NCBI GenBank assembly: GCA_964016885.1
Contig: OZ024746.1
Location: forward strand, 60,884,001-60,948,000
Length of the DNA: 64,000 nt
Source: Eledone cirrhosa
Lineage: Eukaryota
Direction of reading: 5' to 3'
The stretch's first letter is position 1; every line of letters begins with the position of its first letter. Shown one piece after another: positions 50,015-61,800 of this stretch. The notes under the pieces were generated by a model. That model saw nothing but the letters and a program-made list of their open reading frames with translations, did no database searches and had not been told where the DNA came from. The position numbers were made by a program, and so were the translations under genes.

Positions 50015-50530
50015 ATAATCCTTTCTGATTTAGGCACAGGACAGAAATTTGGGGGGAGGGGGGGGGGAGGTCGATTATTTTATCGACTCCGTAAGGATGT
50101 AAGGCAAAGCTAACCTCGGTGAGATTTGAACTCAGAACGCAAAGGGCCGTAAGTCTATGCTGCAAAGCATGGTGTCTGACGCTTTACCGATGCTGCCAAT
50201 CCACCGCCCTTGTAATAATTGTTTCTACTTTTGGCACAAGGCCAGCAATTACCTCAGTGTATTACTGGTACTTTATTTTATCGACCTCGTAAGGATGTAA
50301 GGCAAAGCTAACCTCGACGGGATTTGAACTCATAACTCTATGCTGCAAAGCAGGTTGTCTGACGCTCTACCGATACTGCCAATCCACCGCCCTTGTAATA
50401 ATAATGGTTTATGATTTATGCACAAGGCCAGCAATTTGATGGGAAGAGGAAAGTCGATTAAATCTACCGCAGTGCTTTACTGGTACTTTATATAAATCTA
50501 CCTAGGAAGAATGAAAGGTAAAGTTAACCT
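50015..50530 (-). mobile_element. Three head-to-tail SINE copies abutting the satellite
   Basis: Copies at ~50015-50210, 50215-50392 and 50400-50530 (truncated), joined by the repeated junction CCACCGCCCTTGTAATAAT. Confidence 0.85.
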
Positions 50531-50785
50531 GGTGATTGAAATCTTTTTAATAGTATACACTTTATAAATTACATTATAAATTACATAATATTCATTCATG
50601 ATTTATTCAAAGTAATCCAACTTATTTTAATAACGTGTTCAGAAAAAATATCTCTTACAGTCCTGCAGTCCTCCAATCATTATATATTAGATATACTTTA
50701 TTACAAATATCTCATGTTAACATCTCATGTTAACAACTGTAAAGCAGAGTTAACCTGCCAATGAAGTCTATTTAATAGTATATAC

Positions 50786-51047
50786 CAGGGGTGTTCAACA
50801 TATTTCATTGGCGGGCCACTTTTGAACACTGGGAGAACTGTTAGGCCCATTGATATTTATTAAGCACTATTTCAAATATTCACCACAACTTCTTCCCATA
50901 TCATGGAAGCCCTTTAGTATAGGTCAACTAACAGAAAATTGTATTACTGTTACGAAAATTATTTTAAATAAACCTACACGGTAAAAATTAAAAACGGTCA
51001 TCGCAGGACACTCTGACTGGTCTAGCGGGCTGGATTGTTCACATCTG
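50786..51047. mobile_element. hAT-like non-autonomous element at the satellite edge
   Basis: Left end CAGGGGTGTTCAAC and right end GATTGTTCACATCTG form an imperfect TIR of the CAGGGGTG type. It interrupts satellite-like units. No clear 8-bp TSD. Confidence 0.5.
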
Positions 51048-53304
51048 TAAGGCAGAGTTAACCTGGTCACTGAAGTCTATTTAATAGTATATACTTTATT
51101 ACAAACATCTCATGTTAACTGTAAGGCAGAGTTAACCTAGTCACTGAAGTCTATTTAATAGTATATACTTTATTACAAACATCTCATGTTAACTGTAAGG
51201 CAGAGTTAACCTAGTCACTGAAGTCTATTTAATAGTATATACTTTATTACAAACATATCATGTTAACTGTAAGGCAGAGTTAACCTGGCCACTGAAGTCT
51301 ATTTAATAGTATATACTTTATTACAAACATATCATGTTAACTGTAAGGCAGAGTTAACCTAGTCACTGAAGTCTATTTAATAGTATATACTTTATTACAA
51401 ACATATCATGTTAACTGTAAGGCAGAGTTAACCTGGTCACTGAAGTCTATTTAATAGTATATACTTTATTACAAACATCTCATGTTAACTGTAAGGCAGA
51501 GTTAACCTGGTCACTGAAATCTATTTAATAGTATATACTTTATTACAAACATCTCATGTTAACTGTAAGGCAGAGTTAACCTGGTCACTGAAATTTATTT
51601 AATAGTATATACTTTATTACAAACATATCATGTTAACTGTAAGGCAGAGTTAACCTGGTCACTGAAATCTATTTAATAGTATATACTTGATTACAAACAC
51701 ATCATGTTAACTGTAAGGCAGAGTTAACCTGGTCACTGAAGTCTATTTAATAGTATATACTTTATTACAAACATCTCATGTTAACTGTAAGGCAGAGTTA
51801 ACCTGGCCAATGAAGTCTATTTAATAGTATATACTTTATTACAAACATCTCATGTTAACTGTAAGGCAGAGTTAACCTGGCCACTGAAGTCTATTTAATA
51901 GTATATACTTTATTACAAACATATCATGTTAACTGTAAGGCAGAATTAACCTGGTCACTGAAGTCTATTTAATCGTATATACTTTATTACAAACATCTCA
52001 TGTTAACTGTAAGGCAGAATTAACCTGGTCACTGAAGTCTATTTAATAGTATATACTTTATTACAAACATCTCATGTTAACTGTAAGGCAGAGTTAACCT
52101 AGTCACTGAAGTCTATTTAATAGTATATACTTTATTACAAACATATCATGTTAACTGTAAGGCAGAATTAACCTGGTCACTGAAGTCTATTTAATAGTAT
52201 ATACTTTATTACAAACATCTCATGTTAACTGTAAGGCAGAGTTAACCTGGTCACTGAAGTCTATTTAATAGTATATACTTTATTACAAACATATCATGTT
52301 AACTGTAAGGCAGAGTTAACCTGGCCACTTAAGTCTATTTAATAGTATATATTTTATTACAAACATATCATGTTAACTGTAAGGCAGAGTTAACCTGGCC
52401 ACTGAAGTCTATTTAATAGTATATACTTTATTACAAACATATCATGTTAACTGTAAGGCAGAGTTAACCTGGTCACTGAAGTCTATTTAATAGTATATAC
52501 TTTATTACAAACATATCATGTTAACTGGAAGGCAGAATTAACCTGGTCACTGAAGTCTATTTAATAGTATATACTTTATTACAAACATATCATGTTAACT
52601 GTAAGGCAGAATTAACCTGGCCACTGAAGTCTATTTAATAGTATATACTTTATTACAAACATCTCATGTTAACTGTAAGGCAGAATTAACCTGGTCACTG
52701 AAGTCTATTTAATAGTATATACTTTATTACAAACATATCATGTTAACTGTAAGGCAGAATTAACCTGGTCACTGAAGTCTATTTAATAGTATATACTTTA
52801 TTACAAACATATCATGTTAACTGTAAGGCAGAATTAACCTGGTCACTGAAGTCTATTTAATAGTATATACTTTATTTCAAACATATCATGTTAACTGTAA
52901 GGCAGAATTAACCTGGCCACTGAAGTCTATTTAGTAGTATATACTTTATTACAAACATATCATGTTAACTGTAAGGCAGAATTAACCTGGTCACTGAAGT
53001 CTATTTAATAGTATATACTTTATTACAAACATATGTTAACTGTAAGGCAGAGTTAACCTGGCCACTGAAGTCTATTTAATAGTATATACTTTATTACAAA
53101 CATATCATGTTAACTGTAAGGCAGAGTTAACCTGGTCACTGAAGTCTATTTAATAGTATATACTTTATTACAAACATATCATGTTAACTGTAAGGCAGAA
53201 TTAACCTGGTCACTGAAGTCTATTTAATAGTATATACTTTATTACAAACATCTCATGTTAACTGTAAGGCAGAGTTAACCTGGCCACTGAAGTCTATTTA
53301 ATAG
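51045..53304. repeat. 74-bp satellite, left arm (~30 units; degenerate units back to ~50520)
   Basis: Unit CATGTTAACTGTAAGGCAGAGTTAACCTGGTCACTGAAGTCTATTTAATAGTATATACTTTATTACAAACATCT, period 74 (e.g. 51481 to 51555). Confidence 0.98.
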
Positions 53305-53530
53305 TTTAGCAGTATTAGTTGTAGATGTTATCGAGATGCAAGTGACATAATAACAGCAGAAATTAGAGATGAAATATACGTTTATTTTTTGTTGTAGCAC
53401 AAACAATGGTGTTGTACAGAGGCTGGTATCTGGCGTGTGATCCGTCGGCTTTCCAGTGGCTGTCTGTCTTTTCTTTCTGGCGTTCTCAACCGGCGTTGTT
53501 CTATCAAAGAGCGTGAGGCGTCTTACTACA
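53305..53530 (-). repeat. 3' LTR of the Gypsy element (226 bp)
   Basis: Direct repeat of 58586-58813. Confidence 0.93.
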
Positions 53531-53756
53531 GTACCTCGAGCCAGATTTTCAAATTATTGAAAATCGATGTCATTACTCACATGTGGAGTAAGATGGCGAA
53601 AAATGCAACAAGGGGGAGCTATCCGCTCTAGCAAAAATTGAATCCAGAATAAGGATTTGAAAAATGTTAAAAAAAAAACGACATGCATGCATAAAAAAAC
53701 AAGGCAAAGGAAAAGCAGAAACACAGAGGCAAAAAAAAAGGTGCAGCTAACATAGT

Positions 53757-56700
53757 CTAAATATAGACGGTGCTGCAAAGTTTTTTGGGCCAGTGGACCC
53801 TACGACCTGAACGGGTCGTGGTCTTGTAACGTGGCGATGGTGGTGGTGTAGGGACAGGCGATGATGGTGGATCAGGAACAGTCGTTCGCTCAACAGGCAA
53901 ATACGAAGGGGTTCGTGGATCAGGAACCACAGCGTCCGTATCAAGGTGCGCCTGCTTAAGCCTGTCTAATGCAACTGTCACCCTGGACCCCTTAATATCT
54001 AACGTGAAATACTTAGCCGAGCGCGCTAAGACACGGTAAGGTCCAGTGTAAGGCTGTGTGAGCGGGGGCTTCACCGTATCATTCCTTACAAAGACATGCG
54101 TCCACGAGGCAATATCCCTCGGGACAGCAGTCTTGACAGTTTGTTTCCTAGTGTCCATTGGCGGCAAATCCTGGAAATAGGAGCGCAAACGGGACACGTA
54201 TGAAGCGTGATCTTGGGCATCAAGATCGATAGGGGCAAGCATTTGCCCGGGCAACGTCAGAGGGGCACCGTACAGTACTTCGGCCGGTGAAAATCCAAAG
54301 TCGACCTTCACCGTTGACCGAATCCCTAGTAGCACAATAGGGAGGTACTCGCTCCAATGCGCCGAGTCCATTGAGGCCATTAAGGAGGCCTTCAGTTGGC
54401 GGTGAAAATGCTCCACCATACCATTCGAAGCGGGATGGTATGCCGTAGTTCTAATGCGTTTAGCACCAATTAATTTTGACAGCTCGAGGAAAAGGCTCGA
54501 CTCGAACTGTCGTCCACGGTCGGTAGTTATTGTGGATGGAACTCCATAATGAGAGATCCATCCAGACACAAGAGCACGTGCTGTTGTCTCGGCGGTGATG
54601 TTTTTCAAGGGGATGGCCTCAGGCCATCTCGAAAAACGGTCAATGACGGTAAGTAGATAAGAAAAACCATCGCTGACAGGCCAAGGTCCCACTATGTCAA
54701 TATGAATATGCGAAAAACGCGCACCTGGGTTGGCAAAGGTACCCAGGGGAGCCTTGACGTGTCGATGGACCTTTGATTTCTGGCAAGCGACGCAGGAACG
54801 GCACCAAGCAGCAATTTCACGCCTCATATTTGGCCAGAAAAATCTAGCTGATATGAGCTTTGCTGTGGCAGAAGATCCTGGATGCGAGATACAATGTAAT
54901 CCCAGAAACACGGTCCGACAATGATTCTCTGGAACGAAGGGCCTAGGCACGTCCAAAGAGACGTCGGAGAGAATTTGGCCAACTGCAGTCGACAGAGGCA
55001 AGTATTTCATCTCGCAATTCGCAAACTCGGGCGATGTGACAACCAATGACTCAAGGGGAGGCTGATCCGCAGCCAAACGAGTCAGATCTATGTCAGAGGA
55101 TGACGAGATCGCTGTCACGGGCAAGCGGGACAAAGCATCGGCCGCTGTATTTAGTGAACCCGGAATGTGCTGGATATCACTCGTATATTGCGAGATGAAA
55201 TCAAGGTGTCTCGTCTCTCTGGGCGAGTATTTATCAGCCTTCGCTCTCAAAGCAAAAGTCAATGGTTTATGGTCAGTGAGGATAGTAAATTGTCTACCCT
55301 CTAGCACATGTGAAAAATGTTTCACGGCCAAATAGATGGCTAAAAGCTCTCTTCCAAAGGTGCTGTAGCGCGTCTCAGCAGGATTTAGCTTTTTGGAAAA
55401 AAACTCCAGCGGTTGCTGGTAACCATTGATGTTTTGCTGTAGTACTGCGCCCACAGCGATATCCGATGCATCAACACAAAGCGTTGGCTTTGCACCGGGT
55501 ACCGGGTGAGTCAGTAACGAAGCATTAGCCAAAACAGTTTTGGCGTGCTGAAAATCAGCAAGTTGAGTGTCTGTCAAAGAAATATCTTTGTTCTTCCTCC
55601 GACAATTTTTCAAAATTTATGTCAGGGAGAAAAGCAACTTGGCACAATTTGGCACGAAACGCCTATAAAAGTTAACCAGACCTCAGAACTGGCGTAACTG
55701 ACGTAGTGAGGTCGGTGGAGGCAAATCCTCTATGACCTTAACTCGCTCAGGCCGGGGTCGAATTCCGTCAGCATCGATGACGTGACCCAAGAAAGTCAGT
55801 GACTCAGCGCCAAAAACACATTTGGGTGCATTAAGCTGCACGTTATACGCCTTCAATCGGCGGAAAAGAAGATTCAAATGGTGCGTATGCTGCTCAGGAG
55901 AAGAACTAGCAATGAGCAGGTCGTCAATATAGGTATAGACGAAATCAAGGCCGCGAGTAACCTCATCCATAAACCGCTGAAAAGTACTAGCGGCATTCCT
56001 TAATCCGAACGGCATAGTCAAAAACTCGACAGACCCAAATGGCGTAACTATAGCCGTTTTTGGAATGTAATTTTTATGGACAGGAATTTGATGGTACGCA
56101 CGAATTAAATCCAGTTTGGAGAATATCTTGCATCCCTGCAACGAAGACGCAAAGTCTTGCAGATGAGGGATAGGATAACGGTCCGGTACCGTTATCGAAT
56201 TCAGGCGTCGATAATCTCCAGTAGGTCTCCAATCGCCATTCGCTTTCGGTACCATGTGCAATGGGGACGCCCACGGGCTCGTGGACGGACGAATAATCCC
56301 CATTTGCAGCATATGATCAAATTCTGATCGTGCTGCTTTGAGTTTGTCCGGAGGCAAGCGACGAGGGCGAGAGAAAACGGGAGCACCAGTTGTAGATATG
56401 AAGTGCTCCGTGGTATGAGTAGGTTCATCAAATCGAAAATTCCCCTGTGTCAGTTGCGGGAACGAGTTCAACAACGCATGGAAAGGATCACCGGTGTTAG
56501 CAAGAAAAAATATCGGGCTAACCGTTGGAACTCCTGCTGCCTTGCCAACAACAGTTAATCCCGTGATGCCATCAATTAGGCGTTTACCACGAAGGTCCAC
56601 CGTCAATGAAAAATGGTGGAGAAAATCCGCGCCTAGAATCGGATACGGCAAGGCAGCGACAGTAAATATCCATTTAAACTCGCGCCGCAGATTACGAAAC

Positions 56701-56951
56701 TGCAAAGGTAACGAGATTTGTCCGAAAGTTCGAATCGGCGAACAATTTACTGCCTGCAACTCAATAGGCGTCTCAGGGGGAGTCTCCTTCATACAACACA
56801 CAGGCCATACGGAACAAGCTGCACCTGTGTCAACCAGAAAAGCTCTACCTGACAGCAGGTCCTCAATGAAAAAGTGGCGGTTAGATGTTGTTTCGCAGAG
56901 CGCACTATCCGCCGTTAGTGACTCTGGTCGTCTTTTCCCTCGTAAGCACAA
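53757..56951 (-). pseudogene. pol: Gypsy pol (protease-RT-RNase H-integrase) with two in-frame stops
   Basis: FLVDTGA (protease); [27 protein letters not shown] (RT); [21 protein letters not shown] (RNase H); H-x3-HPG...C-x2-C and [19 protein letters not shown] (integrase). TGA at 55683-55685 and TAA near 55617 are in the same frame as both flanking ORFs. Confidence 0.93.
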
Positions 56952-57691
56952 GGAGGCCTACAACGGGCGGCTTTTTTACCATATCTTTCATGGTAATAAC
57001 AATATGTTGTTCCTGGTGTGTTGGAAGGGCTACGGTGGCGAGAAGTTGAATAACGTCGTGAGCGGCTCCTCTGCCGTCCAAAGGACCTGAATTCCGTGCA
57101 CAACTCCGCCATTTGACGAGTCATGGCTTCCATAGTTATGATTAATTTGTCATCAGACGCTGATGAGCGTGATTGAGGAAGAGAAGAGGAAGCAACGTAC
57201 TTTGGCTTCGAAGTGTCTCTCTTCGTCACCTCTACAATTTTGTCAGCAGAGACAGCAATGTGATCCAGGGTATTCACCTCTAGCATATGGGCTAGGATCG
57301 CCTGTACCTCTTGAGGTAGGCGAGAGAAGAACAATTGCTTCAGGAAAGGGCTATCCTGATCTTGGGAATCGCTCAAATCCCGCAAATGCCGGAGAAAAGC
57401 GGTAGGGGTCCTGTCATCTAATCGTTCGTCCTCGATCAGTGACCGAAAACGACTCTCTACCGACTTACAATTCCTCCTCAAAATCTCGCCCTTCAAAAAC
57501 TCATACGTCAAGTCAGAGGGGGGGTCTGTAATTAGGTCTTGGACCGAATCTGCTAGATTAGGGGGAAGGCCGCTAATCAGTACAGCGAGGCGCTGGTCAT
57601 ATTCGGTCTTACAGACCGTAAAATACGCCTGTAACTGGGCAAACCACATCTTAGGTTTTCTAGTAAAGGCGGGCAAATGTGGTACATTCAT
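56915..57691 (-). CDS. gag: Gypsy gag, 258 aa
   Basis: LPAF...[13 protein letters not shown]-terminus, L(D/G)[11 protein letters not shown] motif, SR-rich linker and [18 protein letters not shown] Cys/His motif. Confidence 0.9.
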   Translation of the reverse strand: MNVPHLPAFTRKPKMWFAQLQAYFTVCKTEYDQRLAVLISGLPPNLADSVQDLITDPPSDLTYEFLKGEILRRNCKSVESRFRSLIEDERLDDRTPTAFLRHLRDLSDSQDQDSPFLKQLFFSRLPQEVQAILAHMLEVNTLDHIAVSADKIVEVTKRDTSKPKYVASSSLPQSRSSASDDKLIITMEAMTRQMAELCTEFRSFGRQRSRSRRYSTSRHRSPSNTPGTTYCYYHERYGKKAARCRPPCAYEGKDDQSH

Positions 57692-58566
57692 GTCAACTTT
57701 TAAAATTAAAACAAATATATATACCTATATATCGAAAGAGCAATTAATGCACCCTTGTACAGTGAAAAGAGAACAGCCAATATTGAGAAAAAGTTAAAGG
57801 GCAAAAAGAAACAGACATTCAAAACATAAGGAAATATTCAAAATACATAAAATACAGATATATATCTTTAAAAAAAAAATTTTTCCTTCAACGTCTGTCC
57901 CCTCGCGTTGCCTCAACGAACCAGCCAAATCAAATAAGGTAAAAAAAAAGAGGAAGAAAAAAAATGTTTTTTTTTTTAAAAATATATCCGCGTTGGATAT
58001 CAACAAAGGTAGCCAATGGCTAAAAATCCCTTAGAAAAAGGTAAGGCATGTATATCCCCATGCGGGGCAGTTATGTTCACAAAAAAAAGTTTAGTCTCTT
58101 CTCTCTTGATCAGTCATGGAACACATACGCAATTCAAAAAATGTGTCCGTTACAAAACGGGGAAGGAACGCAACGCCACCTTGGAAAAATACACTTTTTT
58201 CTTTTTTCTTCTGTAAGTTGCGAAAAAGTTGGCAACGGAAATGGAATATTCAAGTGAATAAAAAAAAAAGTCGCTCTAAATTATCGACACGAATGAATCG
58301 TTTTGATATTTCCGATGTGTGGTGGTCTGCGCCGGTAGGGCTATGAAGCTGCCACTCACTATTCCCTGTTTTGGTCAGTGGTTAAACAATGTTGTCGCTG
58401 ATGCTGCTGTCGTTGTTGTTCTCGAGTGTAGCAAAAAGTTTATGAAATACTACTAATTTTTCGATAATTTTAAAAGGATTATTTTTTATTTTCGCAAGAT
58501 GCGAAAAAAAATGCCGACAATGTGGCAATAAAAGGACAATTGATGAAAAAGAAGGGCTGCGTTAAA

Positions 58567-58584
58567 TTCTTACGTCGGTCACCA
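58567..58584 (-). other. Primer-binding site, tRNA-Trp-like (degenerate)
   Basis: TGGTGACCGACGTAAGAA lies 1 nt inside the 5' LTR. It resembles the tRNA-Trp PBS TGGTGACCCCGACGTGAT with a 2-nt deletion. Confidence 0.65.
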
Positions 58585-58585
58585 C

Positions 58586-58813
58586 TTTAGCAGTATTAGT
58601 TGTAGATGTTATCGAGATGCAAGTGACATAATAACAGCAGAAATTAGAGATGAAATATACGTTTATTTTTTGTTGTAGCACAAACAATGGTGTTGTACAG
58701 AGGCTGGTATCTGGCGTGTGATCCGTCGGCTTTCCAGTGTCTGTCTGTCTTTTCTTTCTCTGGCGTTCTCAACCGGCGTTGTTCTATCAAGGAGCGTGAG
58801 GCGTCTTACTACA
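58586..58813 (-). repeat. 5' LTR of the Gypsy element (228 bp)
   Basis: Minus strand reads TGTAGTAAG...TACTGCTAAA. By eye it differs from the 3' LTR by 2 substitutions and one 2-bp indel. Confidence 0.93.
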
Positions 58814-61800
58814 AACATATCATGTTAACTGTAAGGCAGAGTTAACCTGGTCACTGAAGACTATTTAATAGTATTTACTTTACTACAAACATATCATGTT
58901 AACTGTAAGGCAGAGTTAACCTGGTCACTGAAGTCTATTTAATAGTATATACTTTATTACAAACATATCATGTTAACTGTAAGGCAGAGTTAACCTGGTC
59001 ACTGAAGTCTATTTAATAGTATATACTTTATTACAAACATCTCATGTTAACTGTAAGGCAGAATTAACCTGGTCACTGAAGTCTATTTAATAGTATATAC
59101 TTTATTACAAACATATCATGTTAACTGTAAGGCAGAGTTAACCTGGTCACTGAAGTCTATTTAATAGTATATACTTTATTACAAACATCTCATGTTAACT
59201 GTAAGGCAGAATTAACCTGGTCACTGAAGTCTATTTAATAGTATATACTTTATTACAAACATCTCATGTTAACTGTAAGGCAGAGTTAACCTGGTCACTG
59301 AAGTCTATTTAATAGTATATACTTTATTACAAACATATCATGTTAACTGTAAGGCAGAGTTAACCTGGTCACTGAAGTCTATTTAATAGTATATACTTTA
59401 TTACAAACATCTCATGTTAACTGTAAGGCAGAATTAACCTGGTCACTGAAGTCTATTTAATAGTATATACTTTATTACAAACATATCATGTTAACTGTAA
59501 GGCAGAGTTAACCTGGTCACTGAAGTCTATTTAATAGTATATACTTTATTACAAACATCTCATGTTAACTGTAAGGCAGAATTAACCTGGTCACTGAAGT
59601 CTATTTAATAGTATATACTTTATTACAAACATCTCATGTTAACTGTAAGGCAGAGTTAACCTGGTCACTGAAGTCTATTTAATAGTATATACTTTATTAC
59701 AAACATCTCATGTTAACTGTAAGGCAGAGTTAACCTGGTCACTGAAGTCTATTTAATAGTATATACTTTATTACAAACATCTCATGTTAACTGTAAGGCA
59801 GAGTTAACCTGGCCACTGAAGTCTATTTAATAGTATATACTTTATTACAAACATATCATGTTAACTGTAAGGCAGAGTTAACCTGGTCACTGAAGACTAT
59901 TTAATAGTATATACTTTATTACAAACATCTCATGTTAACTGTAAGGCAGAATTAACCTGGTCACTGAAGTCTATTTAATAGTATATACTTTATTACAAAC
60001 ATATCATGTTAACTGTAAGGCAGAGTTAACCTGGTCACTGAAGTCTATTTAATAGTATATACTTTATTACAAACATCTCATGTTAACTGTAAGGCAGAAT
60101 TAACCTGGTCACTGAAGTCTATTTAATAGTATATACTTTATTACAAACATCTCATGTTAACTGTAAGGCAGAGTTAACCTGGTCACTGAAGTCTATTTAA
60201 TAGTATATACTTTATTACAAACATCTCATGTTAACTGTAAGGCAGAGTTAACCTGGTCACTGAAGTCTATTTAATAGTATATACTTTATTACAAACATCT
60301 CATGTTAACTGTAAGGCAGAGTTAACCTGGCCACTGAAGTCTATTTAATAGTATATACTTTATTACAAACATATGTTAACTGTAAGGCAGAGTTAACCTG
60401 GTCACTGAAGACTATTTAATAGTATATACTTTATTACAAACATCTCATGTTAACTGTAAGGCAGAATTAACCTGGTCACTGAAGTCTATTTAATAGTATA
60501 TACTTTATTACAAACATATCATGTTAACTGTAAGGCAGAGTTAACCTGGTCACTGAAGTCTATTTAATAGTATATACTTTATTACAAACATCTCATGTTA
60601 ACTGTAAGGCAGAATTAACCTGGTCACTGAAGTCTATTTAATAGTATATACTTTATTACAAACATATCATGTTAACTGTAAGGCAGAGTTAACCTGGTCA
60701 CTGAAGTCTATTTAATAGTATATACTTTATTACAAACATCTCATGTTAACTGTAAGGCAGAATTAACCTGGTCACTGAAGTCTATTTAATAGTATATACT
60801 TTATTACAAACATCTCATGTTAACTGTAAGGCAGAGTTAACCTGGTCACTGAAGTCTATTTAATAGTATATACTTTATTACAAACATCTCATGTTAACTG
60901 TAAGGCAGAGTTAACCTGGTCACTGAAGTCTATTTAATAGTATATACTTTATTACAAACATCTCATGTTAACTGTAAGGCAGAGTTAACCTGGTCACTGA
61001 AGTCTATTTAATAGTATATACTTTATTACAAACATCTCATGTTAACTGTAAGCCAGAGTTAACCTGGCCACTGAAGTCTATTTAATAGTATATACTTTAT
61101 TACAAACATCTCATGTTAACTGTAAGGCAGAGTTAACCTGGCCACTGAAGTCTATTTAATAGTATTTACTTTACTACAAACATCTCATGTTAACTGTAAG
61201 GCAGAGTTAACCTGGTCACTGAAGTCTATTTAATAGTATATACTTTATTACAAACATATCATGTTAACTGTAAGGCAGAGTTAACCTGGCCACTGAAGTC
61301 TATTTAATAGTATATACTTTATTACAAACATCTCATGTTAACTGTAAGGCAGAATTAACCTGGTCACTGAAGTCTATTTAATAGTATATACTTTATTACA
61401 AACATATCATGTTAACTGTAAGGCAGAATTAACCTGGTCACTGAAGTCTATTTAATAGTATATACTTTATTACAAACATCTCATGTTAACTGTAAGGCAG
61501 AATTAACCTGGTCACTGAAGTCTATTTAATAGTATATACTTTATTACAAACATCTCATGTTAACTGTAAGGCAGAGTTAACCTGGTCACTGAAGTCTATT
61601 TAATAGTATATACTTTATTACAAACATATCATGTTAACTGTAAGGCAGAATTAACCTGGTCACTGAAGTCTATTTAATAGTATATACTTTATTACAAACA
61701 TATCATGTTAACTGTAAGGCAGAGTTAACCTGGTCACTGAAGTCTATTTAATAGTATATACTTTATTACAAACATATGTTAACTGTAAGGCAGAGTTAAC

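Larger units (their letters stand above)
53305..58813 (-). mobile_element. Full-length Ty3/Gypsy LTR retrotransposon (~5.5 kb) inserted in the 74-bp satellite
   Basis: Direct LTRs at 53305-53530 and 58586-58813, a PBS next to the 5' LTR, gag followed by pol in PR-RT-RH-IN order. Confidence 0.96.
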
